64,000 nt of DNA, taken from assembly GCA_026770705.1 (NCBI GenBank), contig JANJGN010000025.1, forward strand, positions 31,372,001-31,436,000, given 5' to 3'. This document shows, piece after piece, positions 11,346 to 24,125 of this stretch. Under the pieces are notes generated by a model that did not search any database, was not told the DNA's origin, and saw only the letters and a program-made list of their open reading frames with translations. This DNA comes from Isurus oxyrinchus (taxonomy: Eukaryota). How positions within the stretch are numbered: the first letter of the stretch is position 1; every line of letters starts with the position of its first letter. Position numbers and translations under genes: made by a program.

Positions 11346-12659
11346 TTCTTCAACCACATCTGCTTAGTGCCTTCCAATAACGTGAAGAATCTGTAAAACA
11401 TTTAAAAAAAAAGTCACACTGAAATCTTCGCAGATTTCTCTTTTGCAGATTGCACACAAAATAATCTTCAGTTAAATCTTTGCCAAAATATACAGAATAT
11501 TTATTAGAAAGCGCGACAAGCCGTGCAAAGTGTGGAAGTGTGTCTGCTGGTACCACGATAGTGGAATCACAATTAAATACGTTTCATAATTCCACGTACT
11601 AATTGAAAATTGTATGTTAAGTACAACAACCAAATGAGGCTGAAATGATAACTCCTATTCTCCCGAATTATAAAAACAGGGTTATATTACAATGAAGTAC
11701 CCAATTAATTTGGTACACTTCACGATACTAATTCCAAAAATTCACCGTTATAGCATATCTAAATAAGTATCGGAGAATAGAAAAGGAACATACACAATCA
11801 TTGAAATCATAGCATGCCCTTGCTGGCTCGGAGTCTATCTATAGGGTAATATTTAAAACATTTAGTCCCCAGTATCGTAGCTTTAGCTTGACACGCTGGC
11901 TTTAAAGCTCGAGTAGAGTATTGTTTATGTGTTTATTTGCAGTCATTTATTTAGCAATAAAAACCTGATTCGATTGTTAGGCGGATCAGTTTATTGTATC
12001 AATACTTCACCCAGGCACGATTTCTTAGCGATTGAAAAATGGCTGCTTTGTGGCAGGTTATCAACTGCCGCCATTCCGTGGACGCGGATAAGTGGGACTA
12101 TTTATTGCAAGTATTACTAAATAATTTCGGCTAGTATTGTTAAGTATTACGATTCGTCGTTTTCAGATAATATTAAGAAAAACAATAACTGCTTTGGGTT
12201 TAAAGTTGGTGGAATAGCATTTCTCTGCCGAGCAGTTAAAAACAATCTCACTTACTGGGTATTCTATTATTGCTGATATATCGGGGAAATAGCCAGAGCA
12301 GGTTATTTGCCTTAATAAATTGGCCGCACTGAACAGCTAACCTAAGTAGACTGGCCTATACAGTCCCAGCAAAATCAATGATAGCGAAGATATATTTAAT
12401 ATCTCAGCATATATTGAGCTTAGATACTGCATGCATTATATTTGTTCCTGTGGAATGATATTTTTGTTGTATATGTGTATAGATATACATACACTAAGTA
12501 TATCTGGAGTATCTTCTGAATGACACCTCCGCTCCTTCTCCAATGTGACGTTCAAAAGACACATATACCTCACGGTGTGTGTGTGTGTGTGTGTGCGTTT
12601 TTTAAATAAGGCCCCTGTTTTTTTAAAAAAAACTTATGCTTTTTTCCCTCTCTCTCCCC

Positions 12660-12840
12660 CAAGATCCGATGATTAAAGCAAGCTGAGAGTAAGTAGATTA
12701 AATCGGATCTGAGATTGGAATCCCGGCTTAGCACGTGACTCTGAACAATTGCATTTATTATAATATCAGGACAATCAAACATAAACCAAGACTTATTAAA
12801 ATATCGAACACATTGCATTCATTTGAATGGGAATAGAACA
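12660..12840. promoter_or_regulatory. Candidate CNE (TGATTAA, GATTA, E-box CACGTG, AACAAT)
   Basis: Motif cluster next to a (GT)n repeat at 12575-12594. Confidence 0.35.
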
Positions 12841-13779
12841 AGTTGCTGAGATCGGGTGCTACTATAATGTGCGATTAATATTTCATATTATTACAGTACA
12901 TTGTTCAATATATTAATAAAGTAACATGCTTGCATGTTTATTTTAGACCTAGTTATGATGGCATTGTGCTTATTAATCATCGCGGGCATGATACAAATTG
13001 GGGCAGTCAGGAAATTTGCAACATATTTGGTATAGCACAAAGGATTGGCAATGCCACAATTCTACAGCTTGCATCTTCTGAAACTGTAAGGTGGAGAACT
13101 GATTTGTATGGCGATGTCTTTTGTAAATATCTCTTCCGAAATGGGCTCAGTGTTCTGTGCTGTTGCAGCCCTATTGGAGGCAGTGATCCGCACGAATATT
13201 TGCAGTGGTCCAGACTGTTCAAATTCACCAGGTTATTTCATTAAATACTTTACGAATCCGAAATATATTGCAAGGGGGACGTTCCCAAAATGGATTCGAA
13301 CGCTAAATCTATTCACGTTTCCTAAAACTAGCTGCAGCAAGATTTGCATTGGTGCAGCAAAGTGGCTTGATCAGTATAATAAAGAACTCAACCAGAATCG
13401 TCATTCCCTCTGAGATAAATAACACCTTAAAAGATGCCCAGAAAGTAGTTCCGCCCTCTGTTCATTATTACAAATGTTTCCACACTCTCCAACACTTAGA
13501 AATGAATTCGAATGCTTCTTTTCAATAACACGATGGGCGATGATTTACAACCACGTCCGGCCAGATTTAATAAGTCCCCAACTTTAATAAGTGTCGATTT
13601 TGCAATGAATTCAGTTCCGCCTTTTTAATTTCGCATTGTCAAAAAAACCTCTTGATTCTTCAGTGTTAAATATCATATGAATTGTTAGGAAACTTGATGC
13701 ACAGAAAAGGCCTGACTTATATTCTGTATCTGGTACTTTAAAAATGACAAATGTCTTGTCAAATGTAGAAAATCTATTC

Positions 13780-14900
13780 CATCTGGATCTCCACAATTAC
13801 TCATTCAGTGAAATGCAGCTGGAAAGGTCTGACGGCGCGTCACATAAAATAAATTTGTAATGTAATAGCAAAAACGTAGGGATAATTTGCTGCTAATCGT
13901 TTTGTAGCATGGTGCCGGAGAGGAAATCAGCTGAATAAAGAGTGGAACCGGGTTTGAAAAGAAGAGAAAAAGTTTATAATTAGCGTTGAGACATAAAGCA
14001 TCATATTTTAAAAAATCTTTATGTTGGAGTGCTATGTGTTTCTTGTTTTATAGTCCAGGGAGACTTGGATAAGTGCCTGACCACTGAATTAATAATGGCC
14101 AGTTTCTAGGCTGCCTGTTCTGCTGGAGCCGGGTTTTATACTGTAATCATTAGCAGCCCCTCTGGCTACATGTTTTGCATCGGTGTAACACTATGACACA
14201 GTTGTAATACAAACTCCTCAGTCTTGCTTTGCATTTTGTGGCAGGAAGTTTAACAGCAGTAGAATTCACCCTCACACTCTAGTTTAAAGGTAACCATAAA
14301 AACTGTGACGCGCTACAATATTCATATGTGAAAAAGAGAATATTGGTACATTTAGCAAATATTTCTACATCTATCATCCTTGAACTTGTATTGAGGGATG
14401 GATTGAATTCACGATTCAATGGGAACTATATTAACTTTTTAAATATTCATTTTTATATCGTTTAATATGGATTGCTAATGGAATTAATTGGCATTACATA
14501 ACTTTGCTATTAACAGATAAACTAGTAAGTCTTCGAGCAAAACAATATTTTAATGTGAGCGGTTCAGGATCAGCACGTCAAAAAGGACGCTGCTGTTGGT
14601 GCCTAATAAAAGGTTCAATAATTTAATGAAAAGTTACAAAGGGTAACGATGTGTGTGTCATGTTTGAAAGACTGTTTGATCTACTCCCTGCTTTTGGAGT
14701 GCACATCCCACGAATGACAGCGGGGTGGCGCTAATATCTGTGGTTTTCCTGCTGCACGTTCAAGATGGTGCAGTACAATCAGGCACAAAAGAATTTTTAC
14801 ATTATTGAATTTGTTTGGGGCCCATAAAATGGGACAAAAATCCCACATAGATTTTGTGCACCTTTTGTAAAGTAAAACTGTGCTGATCTCGACGTTATTT
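13780..14900. promoter_or_regulatory. Large candidate CNE cluster
   Basis: Many Hox/Cdx-type CATAAA/TTTTAT, TAAT, CAGCTG and CAGGAAGT motifs; weak CTCF-like TGACAGCGGGGTGGCGCTA at 14715-14733. Confidence 0.45.
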
Positions 14901-17109
14901 ACTATTACAATTCCAGTCAGTGATCGCTGAAGTGAAGAGTTCCGCAGATTAAAAGTTTCATTTTTTTCAGCAATAGATGGAATAAATATTTGCGGCGAAA
15001 CCGATGTTTTTTTTCACAAAGAGATTTCCTTAATTTGATGCTGTTTGCGAGCCATCTTTAGTTTGACTGCGGTGTATCTGACAAACTATGGGGTCTCTGA
15101 ATTTAGTCAGATTACAATTTTGACTGCTTTGTTTGAATAAATATCAGAGAATAGAAACCGCACTCTTTCCTTTAATATAACTGCACACAGCCTTTACATG
15201 TAATGATTATCTTTATATTCCCCCCCTTTTAAGTTAACCAAATTATCTCAGCTGTAAAGTGTTGGAGAAAAACACAAATTAAACTGTGAAGCAGGCCATT
15301 TAAGAATAGTGTGTCGGTAGATTCATTGTGAAATAATTTTATTTTCTATAAGTTTATCAAATACGAAAGCATCTAATTATAAAATAGAAGCGAAATAACC
15401 ACAATAATTAATTCTCTCCCCTACCAAAACCCCCGCCCCCCTAAAAAAAACAATCTTTTAACCTCGTTGTTGGCACAGTCTTTGGGAAGGAAGTATTTAC
15501 ACGTTATCGCTTGGTATGTTTTGTTTTATACGGTAGAACATGAGCAAGTCGAGCAGGTGAAAGTTAGGTGACTAAAAGATTATGAAATAATTGGAGCTTG
15601 TAGCAGCTGCCTCCGGTTAAACACGATTTTGTTCATTTAATGCGCTGAATTTATAAATTCTGAGTTAAAATAAGACATTGGAATGCTTAGGCCAGCAAAA
15701 TAAACCCATGTGAGAAGGAAGGAAGCTACAATTTATTTTTTTACTCAACTTCGTCAATCGGCCATGATCAGTCATCAACAAATGTGAAACATTTTAACTA
15801 TGAGTGTATAGCTTCTCGCATTGAAGAAAACATTTCAGGTTGAGTTCGTACTGTCACACAAAATAACACACCCGTGTATTGCATTTTGCGGCATAATTCC
15901 GAAGTTATAATTTTACATTAGACAGCCAGGGGCAGATATAAAATTTGTCGCCAGTCCACTTTTTTAAAACAAAAAAAAACGCCAGCCGTATGATCATGTT
16001 ATTTGTTTTAGTTCATATGGCATTATGGATCTTCAGGAGAAACTATTAGAGTTATTACCAAGTCGGGTACTAGGAGGCGCTGGTCCCTGAACAAAATTAT
16101 GTGCTTTAAAAAAGCCCTGTTCTTTGTCTAGGTGATATGTGTCGAAGGTAATATCAAATTCCAAAATTAAATTCTTGTGAACGAAAACCAACGTATCTCT
16201 AATTGTAAAAATATATTGCATCGTCTGGCGTTATTTATTGGCTGCAAAATTAAATTATATATACTTAAAGCATCTTATCAGAATGCCTTTGCTGAATTAT
16301 ATACGCCTGTTTTGGAAATGCAAAAATGTCAAGCTTTTAAAAAAAAAATTAAAGTATGTATTCGCTATCATAAATTAAATGCAAGAAAGGCGATATCTAC
16401 ATATTTCTTTTAGCTTGGCTGCACAAAATGAACCGAAACGCATTCACTGAGTCCGTTTCGTTGAATATTATATGTCGAGAATGTTGTTTGTCTTGTGAAA
16501 TTAAAAGTGACATTCCAGCATTAAAATCTCTTAAATGTAATAAGTGAAGTCGTACCACGGATTCGTCCGGGGTCCTGATAAATAAACCAGGAAAAGACGA
16601 AAGGGCTAATCAATGAAACTATGTTTTTTTTCCACGACGTTTGGAGAGCTGATAGATAGTAATTGAAAAGAGCTGATATAAAAGTGGGCACCAATCTAAC
16701 CATCCCGAACGAGCATCATACAATAAACCCTGAAGCTATGCTATTACTAAACTTTTGAACATTTCACGTTAAGATGATAAAATTGATAATTAGAATACGT
16801 TTCTCATTTTTTTTGAAACAGCCAGAAAAGCAATCAATTCGCATATAACTCTTTTACAGGTTGAAATCAAAAGAAAATTGATGAATTTGTGCAAATTGAA
16901 CTCAACGGCGCTGGCTTGTGATCATTAATATTAAATTATAAGCTGTAGAGAAAAAAAAAGTTGGAAAAAAAATTACATGCGGGAAATGTATTGTGTAAAA
17001 TTGATTACAAATTTGTTAACGCGCAAAAATAATAGTTCACAGAAAAAAAATCCTTATATTCAAATTAATATTTCATTTGTTGCATTAAAATAAATTGCAG
17101 GTATGTTTC

Positions 17110-17520
17110 AAGGATGGGGCCGTTGTCATAAATTAATAATCAATCTACTTGTGATCCGTTCTGGCCTGTGTTCTGAGCGTAAATTTCAGTGAGGCTTATA
17201 GCCCTCGGTGATTTTTTTCTAATTTCCTGTTGTCTTATAATCTTTGCAATCGTCAGGTTGTCACCGTCGCTGCATCAATATCATAACGTCCAGAGCAAAT
17301 CAATTTGTTCATTGCATTTTGATCCCTTTTGAAAGCTGATTTCAGGTTATAAAACAGGTTATTTCCTTTGCAGATTTCAAGAAAATGGACAAACGGGGTG
17401 TTACATATTTTCTCCGTGAAATTATGTCTCAGTCTAGATAATTTTACATCACTAATGTGCAAAAAGGTAAAGTTCTCAGAAAGCATATTTAATCATCATA
17501 TTACACACTGATTTTAAGTA
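17110..17520. promoter_or_regulatory. Candidate CNE (GTCATAAATTAATAATCAA composite Hox/Pbx site; TCF-like TTTTGAT and CTTTTGAA)
   Basis: Motifs seen directly; composition typical of vertebrate CNEs. Confidence 0.45.
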
Positions 17521-19019
17521 CCATAATCCAATATTGGCACTATATTTTAATGAAATCCTTACAAGACTTAAAAGCAAAAAATCACATATTTTTATAATAA
17601 ATGTTTTTTTATCACAATAAAGGGAAAGGCTTGACCAAATGCTTTAAAATATTTCAGCAGTGTAACACAATAATTATATTCATTATATAACGGTTATCTT
17701 GTCAAATGATGTGCGTTCACGTGAAATGTACATCCTTCCGCTACTTACCTTGGAATAAAGTCTTTCGAGAACTAATTCGCAAATTTTCATGACTTTTTAT
17801 TTCATTTGAAAATGACAAACGTGCGGTTATATGGTTGTGATAGATTCTTTTTAAAGTTTTTTTCTTGAAGTTTTCTTAGCTCATTTGTCTATTGATATAT
17901 CTTTCAAAAGTGGCCTTGACGTTAAGGTCAATTGGATGACGGCTTGGGAAATCATTTTGCACATTGATAATTAAAACAAGAAAGTTATCATGCAGGCCAG
18001 GGATTTAAAAAAAATACAATTCTTTCCCTCTATATTATGGTCAACTGATATAGTGTTCCAACTAAAATCTAAACAATTGAAGCAACCGTGTTATTTACAA
18101 TATTTATGATGTTAACTATTAATAAAATATTCTCCTATAAGCTTCTACACACAGCCAATTTGGACTTTATGGAACTATATGCTCTATTTCCTTTGTTTCA
18201 TTGCTTGGATTTCTGAAGAGAGTCTGAAAACTTGTCTTTGTATTGCTACGTGCTGTACAAATGTGTAAATTTGGAGTTCAGCAGAATAGTATATACAGGA
18301 GATGAAATGTTGTGAAACAGTGTTTGATAGGGGAACCTAAGCAGATCAATTTAAGAAATGGTTTGTCGTTGGTTGTATTTTAATGTTGTGCTAAGGCTAC
18401 CGGGCTGGCATCATCAAAGAGCACAGGTTTTAAATCATGGTTCATCAATAGACTTTAAAGTTTATTTTAGCACAATCGATGGCTGCAGACATCCTTTGTT
18501 TAACGGAGACTTAAAACGTCCTAGAAACATGTAGCTGGCATACATCAGAACTACTTAGAACATGAAGAGTTTCAGCAAAGCACCTGTTGAGCATTACATT
18601 AGACAAGTTCACTGCTGAATGTATCAATGTTGGAGACCCAAACACCTTTCCATTTAGACACATCAAGCTTTTTAATGATCCCATAGCTGCGTATGTTAAA
18701 AAAACACTTATCTATTGTTTACCACTAATATTCATTGGGTTATGAATCTAAATGTCTCCATTAATTGTAAGTATACATATATATATTCCATTTAGTGCTA
18801 CCTGTTGTTTAAAAAAAACTTAGTTCATTTCGAACGAATGTGCAGTGCCTAGCGAGCGAAATTTCTGCCGTATCTTTAGAAGCCGACTTTTTAAACAAAC
18901 GAATGTATAACTTCAGTGAAACTGAACTAGATATTTAAGCCACTTAACAACTTAAGACGCCCCTGGTATTTTATTTAACAAGTTACTATTTATGCACTTC
19001 CCTCCCCCTTCCCTCTTCA

Positions 19020-19285
19020 AATGGTCCAAATTGTATCAGCCATTTTTAAATGTCAGCACTGTGGAATAGCTGTCAGGATAGACGTTGCAAGCATCGCCAG
19101 CTGATTTTAAGCGAAATTCAAGCCTAATCAACAATTTACATTGTTATCTGTTCAAACATTTTATAACAACCCTCCACAGATGGCACTGTTACAAGTGCTG
19201 GAAACTCAGAGTGCTCCGATCGGGAGGAAAAGTTTCAAATGGAACAGGTATAATGAATGCCCTAAAACGAAATTCCATTTAAGGT
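19020..19285. promoter_or_regulatory. Candidate CNE with paired Sox palindrome AACAAT-N4-ATTGTT (19130-19145), two TGTCAG and E-boxes
   Basis: Perfect inverted Sox pair plus Meis and bHLH motifs. Confidence 0.5.
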
Positions 19286-20611
19286 GTGGGTGAAGGAGGC
19301 ATTTCACCAGGACGCTTCCTAATCAAAATAAAAACACGCCGATTAAAACTGTTTTAGCCTAACAACGAATATAAAAAAAATGCATACAGAAGCCACATCC
19401 GCAACGGATTTATTGTAGCATCGATTTACTGTCCATTTTTCCTTCCTTCCCTCCACCCTCACCCCATACCCTCCGTTTCCCAATAGGCGAACCCTAAAGG
19501 GAATGAATGTGGTAATGTTTTTTTTCTACACGTGAAATCTCGAGCTCAAGCGAATTGAGACAAGATGTATAGATCCAATTAAACTCTACCAAAAGTTCAT
19601 CATATTCTCAAGGCCTTACTGGCTAGGAAGGGAGATTAAAATAAGAAAAGTTCATATAGCATGAGAGATGATCAGCTCAATCTACAAACTCGTGTTTGTA
19701 ATGCATATCACACTGAACTGCTGCAATGTTATGTAACGTAACGCTATGGTAGTAATTCTAACACAATCAGGTGTATATGACTATATCTTCTAATCCCCAC
19801 AGATCCCCATAATATATAGCAGACCTAACATAAATTAAGTGTTACACTGTTACGCGGATTCCCCCAGCCTCCGAGAATATGTCTATAAAAAGATGGAAAG
19901 ATAGTAGGATCTTAATAATCGAAATAATTGTCTAAAAATTAAGCAATTCATACAGTTTGTTGCACTACACCAAAACCACATAGAAGTGAGACGAACTTAT
20001 ACCAAGGTTCAGTGCCCACTAAGATTCGAATCATTGCGCTGCACGATCCACACTTATTATAATGTTCATAGAATCTTAAAGGCGGGTATCTGTGCAAATT
20101 GTTCAACTTTGATGCGAAATCTGTCAAAGGTTTACATCAAAGACACAACATTATTCAGTTACCAGAGAAACTGTCTCCTCAGATAAGAATATCTTAATTA
20201 CTGCGACACAAAGGTAACGATTACAAAAAAAAAAATAAGATTTGTAAAGAGGAGCCATTCGGTCTATTTCTTTGATGGATTTCTATATCGGATCGCGATG
20301 AAGTTCTCAATCAGGGAAGACTGAAGCTCGCTGAACTCGGGAGCTATAAGTAAACAAGTTGTCAGATTGGAATAATCTCTCTTCTTTGGGGTTCTGAGAA
20401 AATTTCGGCCTCACATTCTTAGATGTAGCTAAATCTACTTTCTCCTCGAGCCGATAGTGGCGTACTTCATGTCTTGGACAATAATGTGGCAATTGTTAAA
20501 GTTTTGTGACCCATAAAATTTCGGGGTTAGTATTCTGGCTATGGCATGTAATTATGCAAAACACTTTCCATAAAGACTTGCCATTCGATCTAATGACATA
20601 GTCTACGGTCC

Positions 20612-20616
<5 letters not shown>

Positions 20617-20643
<27 letters not shown>

Positions 20644-20718
20644 TGGGGTTGGGTGGGGAGGGGATAGTTGTGGTGGCGGAGGACTGGGAGGTGGTGGGGT
20701 GTGGGGGTGGGGTGGGGA
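20617..20718. repeat. (TG)n microsatellite followed by a G-rich tract
   Basis: Visible. Confidence 0.85.
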
Positions 20719-21158
20719 GAGATGCTGCCTGTTCCCAAATGAAGCCGTACAATAACTATACCTGCAAAGTTACAAGCTGCAGCGAAGATATGGCCACGCA
20801 GTCTTTCTGCTTTTTCTCACCTTCACGCACTTTATCAGTCCGTACAAATATGTATCTCCGAGCATTCTCCACTTATTTTGGTTTGATGACAGATATTGAT
20901 AGCAATGAGGATCAGTGCACAGCACGCATCCCTCTAGACTGATGGGACATTGACAAGTGCATTGTGAAAGGGACCTGACAGTTGGGATTGAATTAGTCGC
21001 ATTTGTACAAAATTTGAGGAATCGATAATCGGGAAATCAAAGGACAGCTATGACATCCAACAGAAACAAGGCTGGAAATCACTGATTACTGAGCAGAACT
21101 TTCTTCCAGCATAAGGCAAAAAACAAAGGCTAACATGTTAAATCTAACCCGACAAGCC

Positions 21159-21189
<31 letters not shown>
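21159..21189. repeat. (AC)n microsatellite
   Basis: Visible. Confidence 0.95.
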
Positions 21190-21191
<2 letters not shown>

Positions 21192-21734
21192 ATAGCTTAT
21201 TGGCGGCGCAGAGGGAAAAACTAGACACATTCCAGCATTTTAAAGGTTTTAGACTTATTATCTAAACAGTGACAAACAAGTACAGACATGGGGCTTACTC
21301 TCAGTACTTTCTGGTCGATTTCCTATTTTACTGTTTCATCCTCTTTTTTCCCCTTTAAGGAAGGAATTACACGGCTTCTGTAGGCTTTGGTTCAGAATTT
21401 TATTGATCAAAATTCGAAAGAAAGCCTCTCAGGTTATTATCACCCAGGTTTTGGGATTCGCGAATCAGAGGAAGGGGCTCCGCAGCAGATGCCTTTAATG
21501 ATGAAAGCAAGTTAACCAAACTTCTTAGGTAAACAGGTAGCATCAAAAACATGTTTAAATTTTATTTAAAAAAACGTTTATTCGATCCCTTTTATTCAAT
21601 CGGAAATAACTTCATAAGATTGTGTACGATATAGCCTATAGTTAGCATGTCAGAACTATGTTTGAAACACCACTTGTTACTAGATAACATTGACGGATAC
21701 GCTGCCACTGAAACCTCAGCCTTGCTCTGCAGAC

Positions 21735-22385
21735 CTTCCCTAATATCAAATGATTTAATCGCACCTTATTTAATCAAGCCCGATTAAAGTGAAACCGAAT
21801 GGCTAATATGGCATTTCACAGGTACCCTGTTAACTTTCAATTAGGCGGTGGCGTCCCCATCAATTTTAGCCTCACATAATTGTTTGTCTCATAGATCCTA
21901 GAGTTGTGGCATGACAAAGGTTTGCCCCATACGAGAACATCCATAGATATTAAATGTGGGCGCGAACCTAGAAGATGTTTTGTAGCGAAGAAAATACTGC
22001 CAGGGACAGGGAGAGAGAGAGAGAGAGAGGGAGGGAGGGAGGGAGAGAGAGAGACTGGCTGTCAGGGGTCAGGCAGCCGGAGATTGCTTCTTGAGATCTT
22101 TCAAATTTCACACGTTTGAAGGCTTATAGGCTTTACTGATTCGCATTTCAAAACAAGATCAGTGGATTCATAATCAAAAAATTGAGGTCTGTAACTGGGC
22201 TGCATTTTGATGCACGGAGATGTCTTGTAGGGTGAGTGAATTTGGAAAGCACTGTTCTGACACGTCTCTGATCGCTGGGATGACGGGTCTCTCTGAGAAA
22301 AGAAGAGATTGCTGCCTGTCTTGTTTGCCTCTCCACCATCAAAGTCAGAGTGAGCGGAAATTGGGAATCAAATTAAGTGGTGGTC
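21735..22385. promoter_or_regulatory. Candidate CNE pair separated by a (GA)n tract (22011-22053)
   Basis: Three TTAATC/GATTAA (K50 homeodomain) sites at ~21753-21787; CTGTCAGGGGTCA at ~22059-22071; TCF site ATCAAAG at ~22338. Confidence 0.4.
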
Positions 22386-23884
22386 CAAAATAAAAAAAGC
22401 CATTTGAGAGTTTTCTTTTTAAGCACGAGTTGCTCATGAGATCGGTCGCGCGATTTTTCCACTCGTGTATTTTTTTAACATCTTATTTCCACGGGTCTAC
22501 GCACTGAGAAAAAAGGGATAAACGCAAAAATTCAGTGCAATTCCAAATAAGTCGATGGCCAATGACGTTTAAAGAAAATCTTTGTTTTGAAGTGACATTA
22601 TGCAGGTTAAATCAATGACGTCATATACAAGATTCAACTCGAAGAAAAGTTTGATACAAAGTAAATTACCCAAAATAATGATATCAGGAATATTAAAAAT
22701 TAATGTCATCTGCAATGTTATAAAACTAATGCCATATTATAATTAAAGAAAATATAATTGTCGTCTGGACATCTTACGACGATGCAGGTTTGAAGCTATC
22801 GAGCCAGCTATCATTTCCTAACGAAAAAAGTTGGTTATATAATAATCTTCGGCAATAATATTGGATAGGGAAAAAAACAAAGTTTAAAGTTGGAGAACCT
22901 GTATTGGCACAAAGAAGGAAGGGAATATCGCATTGAAACACTACAAGTGTTTCCCAATTGTTTTATCATTCTGCAACTAAAGGATTCATGTAGAAATATC
23001 ATTTTGGAGGCACTCAATTTTGGGACATTAGTCAATCTAACATACATCACTACTGGCGAATGATATCTATTGCTATTGCAATTACAATGACTTATCGCAG
23101 AATAAAATTCTATGGGGCGATGCAGATATGAAGGGTTTAATCATGCTGCATAGAATGAACGTGGGCGTTTTCCTCACGAAATAAACTAACGACGTGTTTT
23201 GCGAAAAGGGAAGGAACAAGATCCGTTTTGTTAATTAGTGCGAGGTCGCAAGTCAAATAAGTTGGGAAAAAATCGATTTACACCAAAGTCTCTTTTTGTG
23301 ACATTTTATGTGATATGATGATACTGTCTGTAACTGAGGTGCAGATTTAGTAGATACGAGAGCGAGGTTCTCAGGATAAACACCCTTTCGATGGGTTTCT
23401 TAGTTGCTTTGTTTGTACTTTTGTAAATTAATAAAACTGTAACTAGATTTATATCCTGTCCCGGTGCAGCAAGAGACTTAGCTCAAATGGCCATTTTTTT
23501 TTAAATGAAAGGCATACTGGTGAAAATTGAAAGGTAGGTTGAAGAAAAAAATCAATACGATGATGAAAAAGGGTGTAGAACAATAAAGGTAAAATTAAAA
23601 TAAGGCAAGTTGAGATACCTACTTAGCCAAGGATAAGAACGTGGGACAAATGAGCATTAACATCGGTGCAAACAACAAGAACAGAATGAAAAACTACCTC
23701 AAAGCGGGAAAAGGAAAACGGCTGAACAAGAAAAATGTGTTCAAAAGTGTACCACAATAAACAAGAAGAATAGAAACAGGAGTGACAAAGAATTTACGCA
23801 ATAAGCAAAAATGGAGGGGAGGGGAAGAGTTGGCAGACGAGAGAAAGTGTGAATCTGAGGAAAGTAAGATAGAAGGGACTAGAG

Positions 23885-24125
23885 ATAAAGGCCTGTTCTG
23901 ATTGATGACCAGTTTTTGTAGCTGACATTACCATTAAATTATTGCCCAGTATCCTAGTTGTGTTGTCTGTGGCGAACCTCTACCACAAGCTGTTTAATTT
24001 TTTTCTAATAGTCTCACGCCTGGCTGCCTTTAGTGGCTCGCTATTAATCAGCAAGAGGCTCTACGTTCAGGAAGAAAAGCATTTTGCATTGCACGTGTTT
24101 GACAGTGTAGGATAGTCTGCACTCA
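23885..24125. promoter_or_regulatory. Candidate CNE with Pbx-Hox TGATTGATG (23899-23907) and Meis-type TGACA/TGACAG sites
   Basis: Canonical TALE-Hox grammar. Confidence 0.45.
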
